Shown here: positions 1-7,148 of the stretch, in pieces | Numbering within the stretch: the first letter of the stretch is position 1 | Layout of the letters: each line of letters starts with the position of its first letter | IMG/VR virus record: IMGVR_UViG_3300025700_000002 | Span: 1-42,246 of that record | DNA length: 42,246 nt | Direction: 5' to 3' (one strand) | From: a virus | Lineage: Duplodnaviria > Caudoviricetes | Translations under genes and position numbers: made by a program | Notes under the pieces: generated by a model | Database searches by the model: none | Told to the model about the DNA's origin: nothing | The model's input: only the letters and a program-made list of their open reading frames with translations

Positions 1-981
1 GAAGGGACTAAGACTCATCACATTAGAATCATGCTCGGATTTAGGCTTCTGGCATTCTGCGCAAACTCCATCTTTGAAGGTCATTCTTTTAGGGAAGTTC
101 CCTCCGGTGGGCTTCTCTATGGACTCATAGACAGCAATTCTATTGCCGAACTTATTAGGAGTGCGTTCTCGAATAGCTCCAGGACAGACTATTTCCATAG
201 GCCTCCACCAGTCTTCATGATCTTTAGGAGCTACGGAACCGGATAACCCTAGCACGAAAGCCTGCCATTCCCAGAAGAGCTGCATACGGCATGTTAAGCT
301 TGAGACAGCGCGGGTGCGCTTAGAGTTACCCCGGAATTCAGATATCTCATCAACGACTAGGCATTGAGGAGGTAAGGTCACAGAATCAACTGCCTTCTTG
401 ATTGACTGAATCGAGTTTGTGATGATCAAGGGGTGAATCTTCGAGTCCCATTTCCTTATCTCTGCTTCCCAAGTCCTTATAAGGTTCTTAGGACATATGA
501 CCCACAGTAACTTCTCATCAGAGTCAAAGAATGGAGCTTTATGATCTCGACATAAAGACTTGACGTACTCCATCAGCTCGATTCCCACGCGAGTTTTTCC
601 AGTGCCCATATCATATGCTCCCATCATCGTCCTCTTAGCGACGGACGCCTGATAAAGCTCTAATTGATGCTGGTATAGGGGAAGTTCACGCTTGATGAGT
701 GGCTGTATAGTCTTATCAATAGGACCATAATATCTAGCTCTCAGTGGACCATTCATAAGGAAGTGCAGAGAAAATACGGTACGGGCACTAAACTCAGCGC
801 TCCATTCCTTATCTTCAAAGAAGTTCCATCGTGTTCCAGCTAGGGAATCCTTAAACTCCTGCTGGAGTTTTCTATTAAACCCTGTATGTAATATGACTCG
901 ATTATCACGAACTTCAAATCGAGTATGACACCATCTTTCGCCGTCCCATAGGTCAGCGCTTTTAGGTATTAATCTCCCCAT
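1..981 (-). CDS. SNF2/SF2-family DNA helicase/ATPase, N-terminal part (runs off the left edge; absent from the ORF track)
   Basis: Manual translation from ATG at 981 (GGAGG upstream): MGRLIPKSADLWDG...LYQHQ (Q motif)...YDMGTGKT (motif I)...WVICPKNLIRTWEAEIRKW (Ia)...LVVDEIS (II)...LGLSGS (III); open to the window edge. Confidence 0.85.
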   Translation of the reverse strand, partial: MGRLIPKSADLWDGERWCHTRFEVRDNRVILHTGFNRKLQQEFKDSLAGTRWNFFEDKEWSAEFSARTVFSLHFLMNGPLRARYYGPIDKTIQPLIKRELPLYQHQLELYQASVAKRTMMGAYDMGTGKTRVGIELMEYVKSLCRDHKAPFFDSDEKLLWVICPKNLIRTWEAEIRKWDSKIHPLIITNSIQSIKKAVDSVTLPPQCLVVDEISEFRGNSKRTRAVSSLTCRMQLFWEWQAFVLGLSGSVAPKDHEDWWRPMEIVCPGAIRERTPNKFGNRIAVYESIEKPTGGNFPKRMTFKDGVCAECQKPKSEHDSNVMSLSPF

Positions 982-1177
982 AGTTTCCCTCCAAACTGCT
1001 CGGGGTTAATATTTCCCTCATCAAGTGAGGTCTTCCGGTGAATGACCGGGAACCCGCGATTCACATACTTCACCTCCTTAGCATCATGCCATTAGGTAAC
1101 TCGAATTGCGTTTTTTTGAAAGGTGGGACAGCTAAAAGGTGGTAAAAACTGCCCCGATTGGTGACATTACACAAACA

Positions 1178-1204
1178 CCCCGACCGGGGATTAACCAGTC
1201 GGAG
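1178..1204 (-). terminator. Stem-loop after the SSB-like gene (terminator or mRNA stabiliser)
   Basis: Minus-strand RNA CUCCGACUGG-UUAAUCC-CCGGUCGGGG: 10-bp stem with two G-U pairs, followed by UGUUUGU (weak U tract), 10 nt after the stop codon. Confidence 0.55.
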
Positions 1205-1214
1205 CAGGTGAGAC

Positions 1215-1943
1215 TCAACGAGCAGCACCTGGAGGGGGCGCTGCACTAGAAGCAGACGGGGTGACCCCAGCTGCTTTCGTCGAATCTGGATCAAGGAACT
1301 TCTCTACATTCTTCTTAGCCTGCTCACCGGAAGGCATCGCAAGTTGAGAAGAAGCAGTCTCAGGGGTAAGCACTACGCCGTCTGCCCCTTTAAGGGGACG
1401 AGCGCGGGGAACATACCATTCATTGCCTTTATGCTTTACATACTTACTGTAAAGCTCGAGAGGGTAACCTGTTTCAAAGTCTCCCAGATTATTCAAAGCC
1501 GACTTAGTTAAGTGTAGTAAAGCAAAGCCCTTATACTCAGGGAACCAGCACAGAAACTCTGGTCCTGCTGCCTTCTCTTTACCTTTGAAGTTCATATACT
1601 CGACAAAGCGCGGATCTTTAGAATCATAAAAGGCTTCCTTGAACTCGTTATTCTCAAATCTGATCGCCTTTGGACGTGCAACCAGCAGGAGAACTTGAAT
1701 TCCAGACTCTAGGTACTGACCATCCCAGATGAACTTGCCAGCTTTTGCCTGTGGATCGGCGTCATGAGCCTTAACCTCACGAGAGCCACCTTGAAGTAAG
1801 CGTACTGAGGAAACAAAGCCTTTCTCTTTACCTATTCTTTCAAGTAACTCTTGAGAAGCTTGATCAGTAGCGCCGGAAGGAGATCGTTTAACATAATCAG
1901 TTAACGAGAAGTCGCCCGCTTTCACGGGTAGGTTTTCAGTCAT
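1215..1943 (-). CDS. Putative single-stranded DNA-binding/recombination protein
   Basis: 242 aa, beta-rich core with aromatic residues (KGNEWYVP) and a flexible low-complexity C-tail; lies between ParB-like and helicase genes. Function inferred from context. Confidence 0.45.
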   Translation of the reverse strand: MTENLPVKAGDFSLTDYVKRSPSGATDQASQELLERIGKEKGFVSSVRLLQGGSREVKAHDADPQAKAGKFIWDGQYLESGIQVLLLVARPKAIRFENNEFKEAFYDSKDPRFVEYMNFKGKEKAAGPEFLCWFPEYKGFALLHLTKSALNNLGDFETGYPLELYSKYVKHKGNEWYVPRARPLKGADGVVLTPETASSQLAMPSGEQAKKNVEKFLDPDSTKAAGVTPSASSAAPPPGAAR

Positions 1944-1984
1944 GGTGGATTTTTCCTTTAGTTTGATACTTGATATGTAAATAG

Positions 1985-2046
1985 GCCAGACCCGACTCTG
2001 GCTGTCATAAGTTTATTGTAAAACCCCGGTCGGGCGGAGTTATGAT
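1985..2046 (-). ncRNA. Candidate structured cis-RNA: two hairpins with complementary 6-nt loops (kissing loop)
   Basis: Minus strand: AACUCCG-[CCCGAC]-CGGGGUU and GCCAGA-[GUCGGG]-UCUGGC; the loops are exact reverse complements, and a G-U pair favours the transcribed strand. Confidence 0.55.
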
Positions 2047-3264
2047 TCAGTCAGATGCTGGACTGGACAGATCGAGAGATCCAGAACGGACCTGAATGGC
2101 GAACTGTTTACAGCTCTCAATGATACCATCAAGACCATCACGCTCGATTGTTTCAAGATACTGGATGACTTCCTCAAAAGACTTAGCAGCAACCTCTTTA
2201 GGAACAGTGATCCCGAAGTTCTTGACGGCTCGAACCGTATTCTTAACAAGAGAGCGCTCAGTCTTTTGACCAGCCGCTGATTCGTGCTTGGCTTTAGCAG
2301 CTTGAAGGGTAGCGGGATCTTGCTGAACTACCCATGCGAGGGTTTCCTTATTAAGACCCAGCTTCTGAATTTCACTATCATCCTGGAACACTTCGATGAG
2401 ATACGCAGCCTTTCGGACGTAAGGTGAAGGAGGGACAAACTCGCCAGTCTTAACTGCACCGGAAGCCTCAGCCTTCTTCGCCTTCTTTGCGTCATTACAG
2501 GCTTGGGCAAAGTCAGAAGTCGTCATGGACTTAGCCTTCTCGACCCAAGTTTCGTCGAGAATGTCAAGAGGCAGGTTTGCAAGCTGCATGGCATTCAGCC
2601 CGTTGATTTGCCCGTCCATGACTGGACCACGAGCAAAGTCGGGGAGTCGGTTGATCTTCAGGAGGCGGGAGAGCTTGCCCTTATTGATGTGCAGTTTCTT
2701 TGCGAGCTTGTGTTGCGTCCAGTGAGGATTTTGACCGAGTATACGACCACACTGATCTGCCAGATCACCAGCTGATGTATCGACACGGTTCATGTTGTGC
2801 TGGACCTGGGACATGAGACGATCATTCAAGCTGATCTGACCGACATACTGACAACGTACCCAGCCGATATCTGGAATGTTAATCTGATCTGCTGTGGTCT
2901 TCCCATCTTTGACTTCCTGCTGGAAGATCTTGAAAGCTGCCTTGCGGTGACCGCCATCAACAACTTGTACCGGAGTCGTAGTTCCGATCTTCCCAGCGAG
3001 GGGGCCTTCTTCAATCAGAAAGAAGACTGGTGACTCTGCATCGCCTTCGCCGCCTTCATAAAGAGACGTAGTGATAGACTCCTTTTGACCCTCAGCTCTC
3101 ATTGATTCAAGAACTTGATCCTTAAATTCATCACTGTTTACATCGGGCTCACGAAGAGAGACTTTTGAGGTGTAGAGTTGCTTTAGAGGAACGTAACATT
3201 CGATAGGTTTTGAAGTGGATGCCTGTTCTGCGACTGGCACCGTCTGAGTCTGTAGTTGATTCAT
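2047..3264 (-). CDS. parB: ParB/Spo0J-family protein (CTPase domain + HTH)
   Basis: VVDGGHRKAA (GxxRxxA motif), HNMNR, and an HTH segment WTQHKLAKKLHINKGKLSRLLKINRLP; AGGAG RBS. Confidence 0.8.
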   Translation of the reverse strand: MNQLQTQTVPVAEQASTSKPIECYVPLKQLYTSKVSLREPDVNSDEFKDQVLESMRAEGQKESITTSLYEGGEGDAESPVFFLIEEGPLAGKIGTTTPVQVVDGGHRKAAFKIFQQEVKDGKTTADQINIPDIGWVRCQYVGQISLNDRLMSQVQHNMNRVDTSAGDLADQCGRILGQNPHWTQHKLAKKLHINKGKLSRLLKINRLPDFARGPVMDGQINGLNAMQLANLPLDILDETWVEKAKSMTTSDFAQACNDAKKAKKAEASGAVKTGEFVPPSPYVRKAAYLIEVFQDDSEIQKLGLNKETLAWVVQQDPATLQAAKAKHESAAGQKTERSLVKNTVRAVKNFGITVPKEVAAKSFEEVIQYLETIERDGLDGIIESCKQFAIQVRSGSLDLSSPASD

Positions 3265-3308
3265 TAGTTGGATCTCCTAAAAAGTTTTTGGTAAGGAATA
3301 TGCTTCAT
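3264..3308 (-). CDS. Possible leaderless 14-aa uORF (MKHIPYQKLFRRSN) coupled to parB
   Basis: ATG 6 nt after the -10 box TAAAAT; its TAA overlaps the parB ATG (TAATG). Confidence 0.35.
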   Translation of the reverse strand: MKHIPYQKLFRRSN

Positions 3309-3314
3309 ATGTGC

Positions 3315-3343
3315 ATTTTACCGGGCACTGTGCATCATGTCAA
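3315..3343 (-). promoter_or_regulatory. Sigma70-type promoter for the parB-SSB-helicase operon
   Basis: TTGACA-17 nt-TAAAAT; shares TTGACA(A/T)GATGCA with the promoters at 4235-4263 and 4501-4529. Confidence 0.8.
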
Positions 3344-3408
3344 GATAGAAAATAAAAGAAATCTTTGGCATGATTTTTGCGTCTTCCTTATTAATGACGT
3401 GTCCTGGA

Positions 3409-4155
3409 TCAAGACCACCGAGAAAAAAGGAAACTGTTGATGACCGTACGATAATATATCACAAGTTCTTGTTCCGTAGGAATTTCATTGAACTCATATA
3501 GATATTTGATGCTAGTTGTTAAATGGACTCTAATCTCATCAGGTTTTCTAGAAAACTCTCTGGCAACCCCTGTAATGTCTCTTCTATTGCGTATCCTAAG
3601 AGGGGAGCCGAAAGGAGCAAGAAGGTGTGAAGGGTCGTTTTCACTCATAACTAACGGGAGGCATCTACTGTGAACACATTCGAGTGCGCTCTCAAGAGAA
3701 TCTACTAAGCCAGTTCGAGCCGTCCAATACTCTTTACATATCGTCAAGTCTTGCAGTCTATCCTCGGAAGGTGTCCCCTTCACACGAGCTGATTCGAAGT
3801 GCGTCATCATAGGATGGAATGTAAGAGTTGACTCTACCGGGCACGGATAATTATAGGACTCGTCAAAAGTAATACCTAATACCCGGCACTTCCTGAATTT
3901 TAGATAATAGTAGCGGTCCCTAATAACGTTTCGGGGCGGGTTGCCTAAAATGATAACCTTGTGTCCAGGCTTGAAGTCAGGAATTAGTCTTTTCCGATTT
4001 AGATAATGATATGTATATTTATATCTGAGTCCATGTTCATTCTTAAACTCTGACCAGAACCGATATAGGGCACGATGATCTCGTCTAGGAGACTCAGGTG
4101 ATGATGCTATTATAACATAGACTGGGATCTTATTCAGTTTTTTCATATTAAACAT
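3409..4155 (-). CDS. Hypothetical protein (248 aa)
   Basis: Long ORF directly downstream of the leftward promoter; basic and aromatic, alternating alpha/beta pattern; no recognised motif. Confidence 0.7.
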   Translation of the reverse strand: MFNMKKLNKIPVYVIIASSPESPRRDHRALYRFWSEFKNEHGLRYKYTYHYLNRKRLIPDFKPGHKVIILGNPPRNVIRDRYYYLKFRKCRVLGITFDESYNYPCPVESTLTFHPMMTHFESARVKGTPSEDRLQDLTICKEYWTARTGLVDSLESALECVHSRCLPLVMSENDPSHLLAPFGSPLRIRNRRDITGVAREFSRKPDEIRVHLTTSIKYLYEFNEIPTEQELVIYYRTVINSFLFSRWS

Positions 4156-4173
4156 CTACCTAACTAGGACTAC

Positions 4174-4206
4174 TACCCAGTTGCCTAAAGATACCTAGTT
4201 GCCTAA
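4174..4206. repeat. Tandem 15-bp direct repeat TACC(C/T)AGTTGCCTAA, period 18 bp
   Basis: 4174-4188 and 4192-4206 match at 14/15 positions; lies in the leader of the leftward transcript. Confidence 0.7.
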
Positions 4207-4234
4207 GTAGAGGAAGGGAATCCCATTCATTATA

Positions 4235-4263
4235 AGTATAGACCATGCTCTGCATCTTGTCAA
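4235..4263 (-). promoter_or_regulatory. Leftward sigma70 promoter (left IR arm)
   Basis: TTGACA-17 nt-TATACT with AT-rich upstream (UP-like) sequence. Confidence 0.85.
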
Positions 4264-4350
4264 GTAGTTACCACGGATTTTTAATAATTCTTTTCACAGC
4301 CCGGACCCGCAACTGAAGGGTAGCTGTGAGCTTAAATATACAGACATCCG

Positions 4351-4464
4351 TGCGAGTCTTGTGTGGTGCTTAATGGGAGCAGACTCTCACGTTCTCTTTA
4401 TTCTTATTTATTCTCTACTTTTTAAGACTATATGTATAATAGAGAATACTCTAATATACTCGCA
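4351..4464. other. Origin-like element copy A: GAGT/ACTC boxes flanking an AT-rich core
   Basis: TGCGAGT...ACTCGCA ends, GAGCAGACTC and GAGAATACTC boxes around ~55 bp of AT-rich DNA; homologous to 41057-41164. The origin role is inference. Confidence 0.5.
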
Positions 4465-4500
4465 GTTAGAAAAGAATTATTAAAAATCCGTGGTAACTAC

Positions 4501-4529
4501 TTGACAAGATGCAGGGCATGGTCTATACT
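4501..4529 (+). promoter_or_regulatory. Rightward sigma70 promoter (right IR arm)
   Basis: TTGACA(4501)-17 nt-TATACT(4524); ATG 6 nt downstream. Confidence 0.85.
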
Positions 4530-4535
4530 GTACCT

Positions 4536-5165
4536 ATGAGGGGAAATTACACAATGCGAGAAATCCGTTGTATGCCAGTCGAGGCGGAGCTGCTACAGTG
4601 TTGGGTCCAGTCTAAGTTCGATGTCCCGTATATTGTAGCAGTGAATGTGGTAAGTATAGAACCGAGCGAACTGAACTATCTCTTAGCCATACTAGCTCGT
4701 ATGAGATACAGCTATGATGTGTCAGCTGCCGCTTTATGTAGTTGGCTACTTATCCCACAAAGAAACAAACGGCAAACTATGAAATTACACCGTAGACTTA
4801 GAGGCCCCCGATTCAGGTTTAATATAAAACTCTTTGTAGGAGGTCAATTAGATGAAAGTACGGAGAAAGAATCAAAGCGGTCGCTCGAAGATGAACACGA
4901 AAGAAGGCTCACGCCCCTTCATGATTCATCATCAGAACTATCGTGTGACCATTTCCCGGCGCTTGAGGAGGTCATCATGGGACTGGAAGATAGAAGAACG
5001 TCAAAAGCTGGGTCTGTGGGTCACACAAGAAAAAGGAAAAGGAAGCAGTCGCCAGGACGGAAAAGCAAGGGCCGTCAGAGCTCTCAAAGTCATAATCGAG
5101 AACATGAGAGAGGAGATAAGAGGTATCCTTCAGATCGAGCTCCCAGATACGGATATGGAACATGA
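4536..5165 (+). CDS. Hypothetical protein (start 4536 or 4554; C-terminal half overlaps the next gene)
   Basis: The ORF-track start 4509 lies inside the promoter; ATG 4536 could be leaderless and ATG 4554 has a GAGGGG RBS; the stop overlaps the MTase start (ATGA). Confidence 0.55.
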   Translation: MRGNYTMREIRCMPVEAELLQCWVQSKFDVPYIVAVNVVSIEPSELNYLLAILARMRYSYDVSAAALCSWLLIPQRNKRQTMKLHRRLRGPRFRFNIKLFVGGQLDESTEKESKRSLEDEHERRLTPLHDSSSELSCDHFPALEEVIMGLEDRRTSKAGSVGHTRKRKRKQSPGRKSKGRQSSQSHNREHERGDKRYPSDRAPRYGYGT

Positions 5166-5184
5166 GGGTACTAATATCTTGTGA
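4852..5184 (+). CDS. Hypothetical basic protein, possible beta-beta-beta-alpha (dsRBD-like) fold
   Basis: GGAGG RBS before ATG; KGKGSSRQDGKARAVRAL resembles the GxGxSKKxAxxxAAxxAL pattern. Confidence 0.6.
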   Translation: MKVRRKNQSGRSKMNTKEGSRPFMIHHQNYRVTISRRLRRSSWDWKIEERQKLGLWVTQEKGKGSSRQDGKARAVRALKVIIENMREEIRGILQIELPDTDMEHEGTNIL

Positions 5185-5758
5185 GCATTCTGGTGTAGTC
5201 AGGGATAAATTCATAGAAGCAGGGTACCATGCTACCTCTTGTGACATTCTTCCAACTGAAAGTCCTGGCCCTCACTATCTTGGGGATGTTCGAGACATAC
5301 TGGATGAAGGATGGGACATGATGATAGCCTTCCCGCCCTGTACGCATCTGTGTGGCTCAGGTGCAAGATGGTGGCCGTACAAAGTCAAGGAGCAAGAAGA
5401 AGCCCTTGACTTCATAAGTCTACTTCTCGATGCTCCTATCCCGAAAGTTGCTTTAGAAAATCCGGTTGGGGTGATCTCTTCACGGGTGAGAGAGCCGGAT
5501 CAGATAATACAGCCGTACCAGTTTGGGCACAATGCTTCAAAGAGAACCTGTTTATGGCTCAAGAACCTCCCGCTCTTGATCCCTACTAAACTCGTAGCGG
5601 GAAAGTTTGTTAATGGTAATATGAGGTGGGCAAATCAGTCTAAGAGTGGGCAGAATAATGAACCCGGCTCTTGGGGGCAGGGTAAGAGACGTTCTAGAAC
5701 CTACTCAGGAATCGCAGATGCCTTCGTCAGTCAGTGGGGAGAACATGAATCATTCTAA
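5162..5758 (+). CDS. Phage C5-cytosine DNA methyltransferase-like protein
   Basis: MRVLISCEHSGVVRD, SCDI, WDMMIAFPPCT (catalytic PC), ENP, QPYQFGH...KRTCLWL, RSRTYSGIADA: the common short phage MTase family. Confidence 0.8.
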   Translation: MRVLISCEHSGVVRDKFIEAGYHATSCDILPTESPGPHYLGDVRDILDEGWDMMIAFPPCTHLCGSGARWWPYKVKEQEEALDFISLLLDAPIPKVALENPVGVISSRVREPDQIIQPYQFGHNASKRTCLWLKNLPLLIPTKLVAGKFVNGNMRWANQSKSGQNNEPGSWGQGKRRSRTYSGIADAFVSQWGEHESF

Positions 5759-6002
5759 GGGATTCGCTAAGTTTATGGAGATCGAAACTTGTGACTGGAT
5801 TAAAGACATGAGTGATATTGAGATCGTTAAAGAGCTTAAAGAAATATTAGAGGGTGGAGATCCTCTAGCTAATGAATGGATATACTTTATGACTGCATTC
5901 GTCAAGGCTGAAGAGAGACTTAGAGCTACGAAAGATGAAAATAAACCTTTCCTCGGACTCATACGGGGTATTTTAGAACTGGGATTAACCCACGTTAGTT
6001 AG
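5745..6002 (+). CDS. Hypothetical protein (85 aa)
   Basis: GGGGAG RBS before ATG 5745, in frame with track ORF 5646-6002; helical. Confidence 0.65.
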   Translation: MNHSKGFAKFMEIETCDWIKDMSDIEIVKELKEILEGGDPLANEWIYFMTAFVKAEERLRATKDENKPFLGLIRGILELGLTHVS

Positions 6003-6009
6003 GAACATC

Positions 6010-6195
6010 ATGACTAGGAGAAAGAAGAAGCCTAGAATATGTGATCAGTGCGATGTCGCTTGCGAGACTACGAGGTATCGTGAAGCTCCCCATGCAAGAT
6101 TATTATGTGAAATGTGCTTTGATGGACAAAAGAAGCTGATAACTCAAAAGGCTTCTGTGTTCACTGAGCGTCAGCCAGATCCGAGGGCGAGATGA
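6010..6195 (+). CDS. Small zinc-finger protein
   Basis: CDQC...CEMC with a basic N-terminus; AGGA RBS. Confidence 0.65.
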   Translation: MTRRKKKPRICDQCDVACETTRYREAPHARLLCEMCFDGQKKLITQKASVFTERQPDPRAR

Positions 6196-6419
6196 GTCAA
6201 CAATCCAGTAGAAACTTATATCGTACTTACATGAGATTCGATGGTCGCCGGGGGCAGTTTCATTACATGGCATTAAAGCCTGAGTATGTTGAGACATTTA
6301 AGGAGTTTGTCGGTCCCGGCAGTAAGTTTTATAAAAAACTAGAGTCTCAAGGATTCAATATGCAGAGCCTCTCAGTTGAAATCAGAAGGCCTTCTTCAGA
6401 AACTCTTCCAAAGGATTAA
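6192..6419 (+). CDS. Hypothetical protein (75 aa)
   Basis: ATGA overlap with the previous gene; GAGG RBS. Confidence 0.65.
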   Translation: MSQQSSRNLYRTYMRFDGRRGQFHYMALKPEYVETFKEFVGPGSKFYKKLESQGFNMQSLSVEIRRPSSETLPKD

Positions 6420-6424
6420 ATATT

Positions 6425-6754
6425 GTGGAGATTGAATTCATATCTTTCCAGCATGATGATTACTGCTCACCCGCTTTCTACACTAATAGGCAGGGTAAAC
6501 TCATCTGTGGTTGCGAATGGCGACTCTTACGGAATATTAGGATTAAAGGTGAAAATTATCCTTTTATAGCTCGTGTAGAACTAGACGGCTACCGCATTTC
6601 AACAGTTTGGAGCGGGGCTATTGAGCATCCATTTGAAACCCTCGCTACTCACTCAGATGGATACGAGTATCAAGCTAATTATATGACAGAGGTTGAAGCT
6701 CGCGCGGGCCACAGGTCTTTCATCAACTCGATCATGTCAGGAGAACGAAAATGA
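6425..6754 (+). CDS. Hypothetical phage protein (109 aa)
   Basis: Tightly packed operon member; RISTVW...PFET...Y.TEVEARAGH pattern typical of small phage proteins. Confidence 0.7.
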   Translation: MEIEFISFQHDDYCSPAFYTNRQGKLICGCEWRLLRNIRIKGENYPFIARVELDGYRISTVWSGAIEHPFETLATHSDGYEYQANYMTEVEARAGHRSFINSIMSGERK

Positions 6755-7089
6755 TTCACAATAAAAGAAGCTTCAATGTTTCAGAATGCATAAGCCTAGA
6801 AGAGGTTTCAGAAGCCCTCTTTGATTATACAAATGTATCTTGTCAGGCTTTCAAGTGGGAGAGCTTGACACTATTCAATGATTCTTTTGGCGTGAATGGT
6901 GCCCAAGAATACGCGGTGTATAAAGCTGGTGTTCAACTCGAGTCCTTGACCGTTTCATGGATGGAAAGCAGTGAGAGCCTTGCGAAGACCTTGAAGAAGC
7001 TAAACGAAAACGGCTCTGACATTGTTATGAGTCGGCAGATGCCTAACATTTGCAAAGCAAAGGAGCACAGGTGCCAACTTTGTGCATGA
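6751..7089 (+). CDS. Hypothetical protein (112 aa), Cys-rich C-terminus
   Basis: AGGAG RBS, ATGA overlap; FNDS...AQEYAV...QLESLTVSWM; C-terminal CxxC. Confidence 0.7.
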   Translation: MIHNKRSFNVSECISLEEVSEALFDYTNVSCQAFKWESLTLFNDSFGVNGAQEYAVYKAGVQLESLTVSWMESSESLAKTLKKLNENGSDIVMSRQMPNICKAKEHRCQLCA

Positions 7090-7148
7090 TCAGTCACTGA
7101 AAACGCTTGACGAATTTGATAGTAGACTAATGAAATAGGAGAATAAAG

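Larger units (their letters stand above)
4235..4529. repeat. 61-bp inverted repeat (4235-4295 / 4469-4529), 60/61 identical, 173-bp spacer
   Basis: AGTATAGACCATGC(T/C)CTGCATCTTGTCAAGTAGTTACCACGGATTTTTAATAATTCTTTTC versus its reverse complement. Confidence 0.97.

Noticed and set aside
31-246. Plus-strand 71-aa ORF
   Set aside because: Antisense to the motif-bearing SNF2 helicase frame.
1000-1060. Hammerhead-like UGAUGAG...GAAA on the minus strand
   Set aside because: No stem II between the two motifs and the CUGA core is not intact.
1095-1170. c-di-GMP-I riboswitch-like GAAAGGTGGGAC
   Set aside because: No GGCAAA and no complementary stem before the GAAA loop; it is also on the non-transcribed strand.
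4509-4535. ORF-track start at 4509
   Set aside because: It lies between the -35 and -10 boxes of the promoter, so it would not be transcribed from it.
7107-7135. Promoter upstream of the primase (TTGACG...TAGACT)
   Set aside because: The spacer is only 10 nt, and there is no credible -10 box at 16-18 nt.
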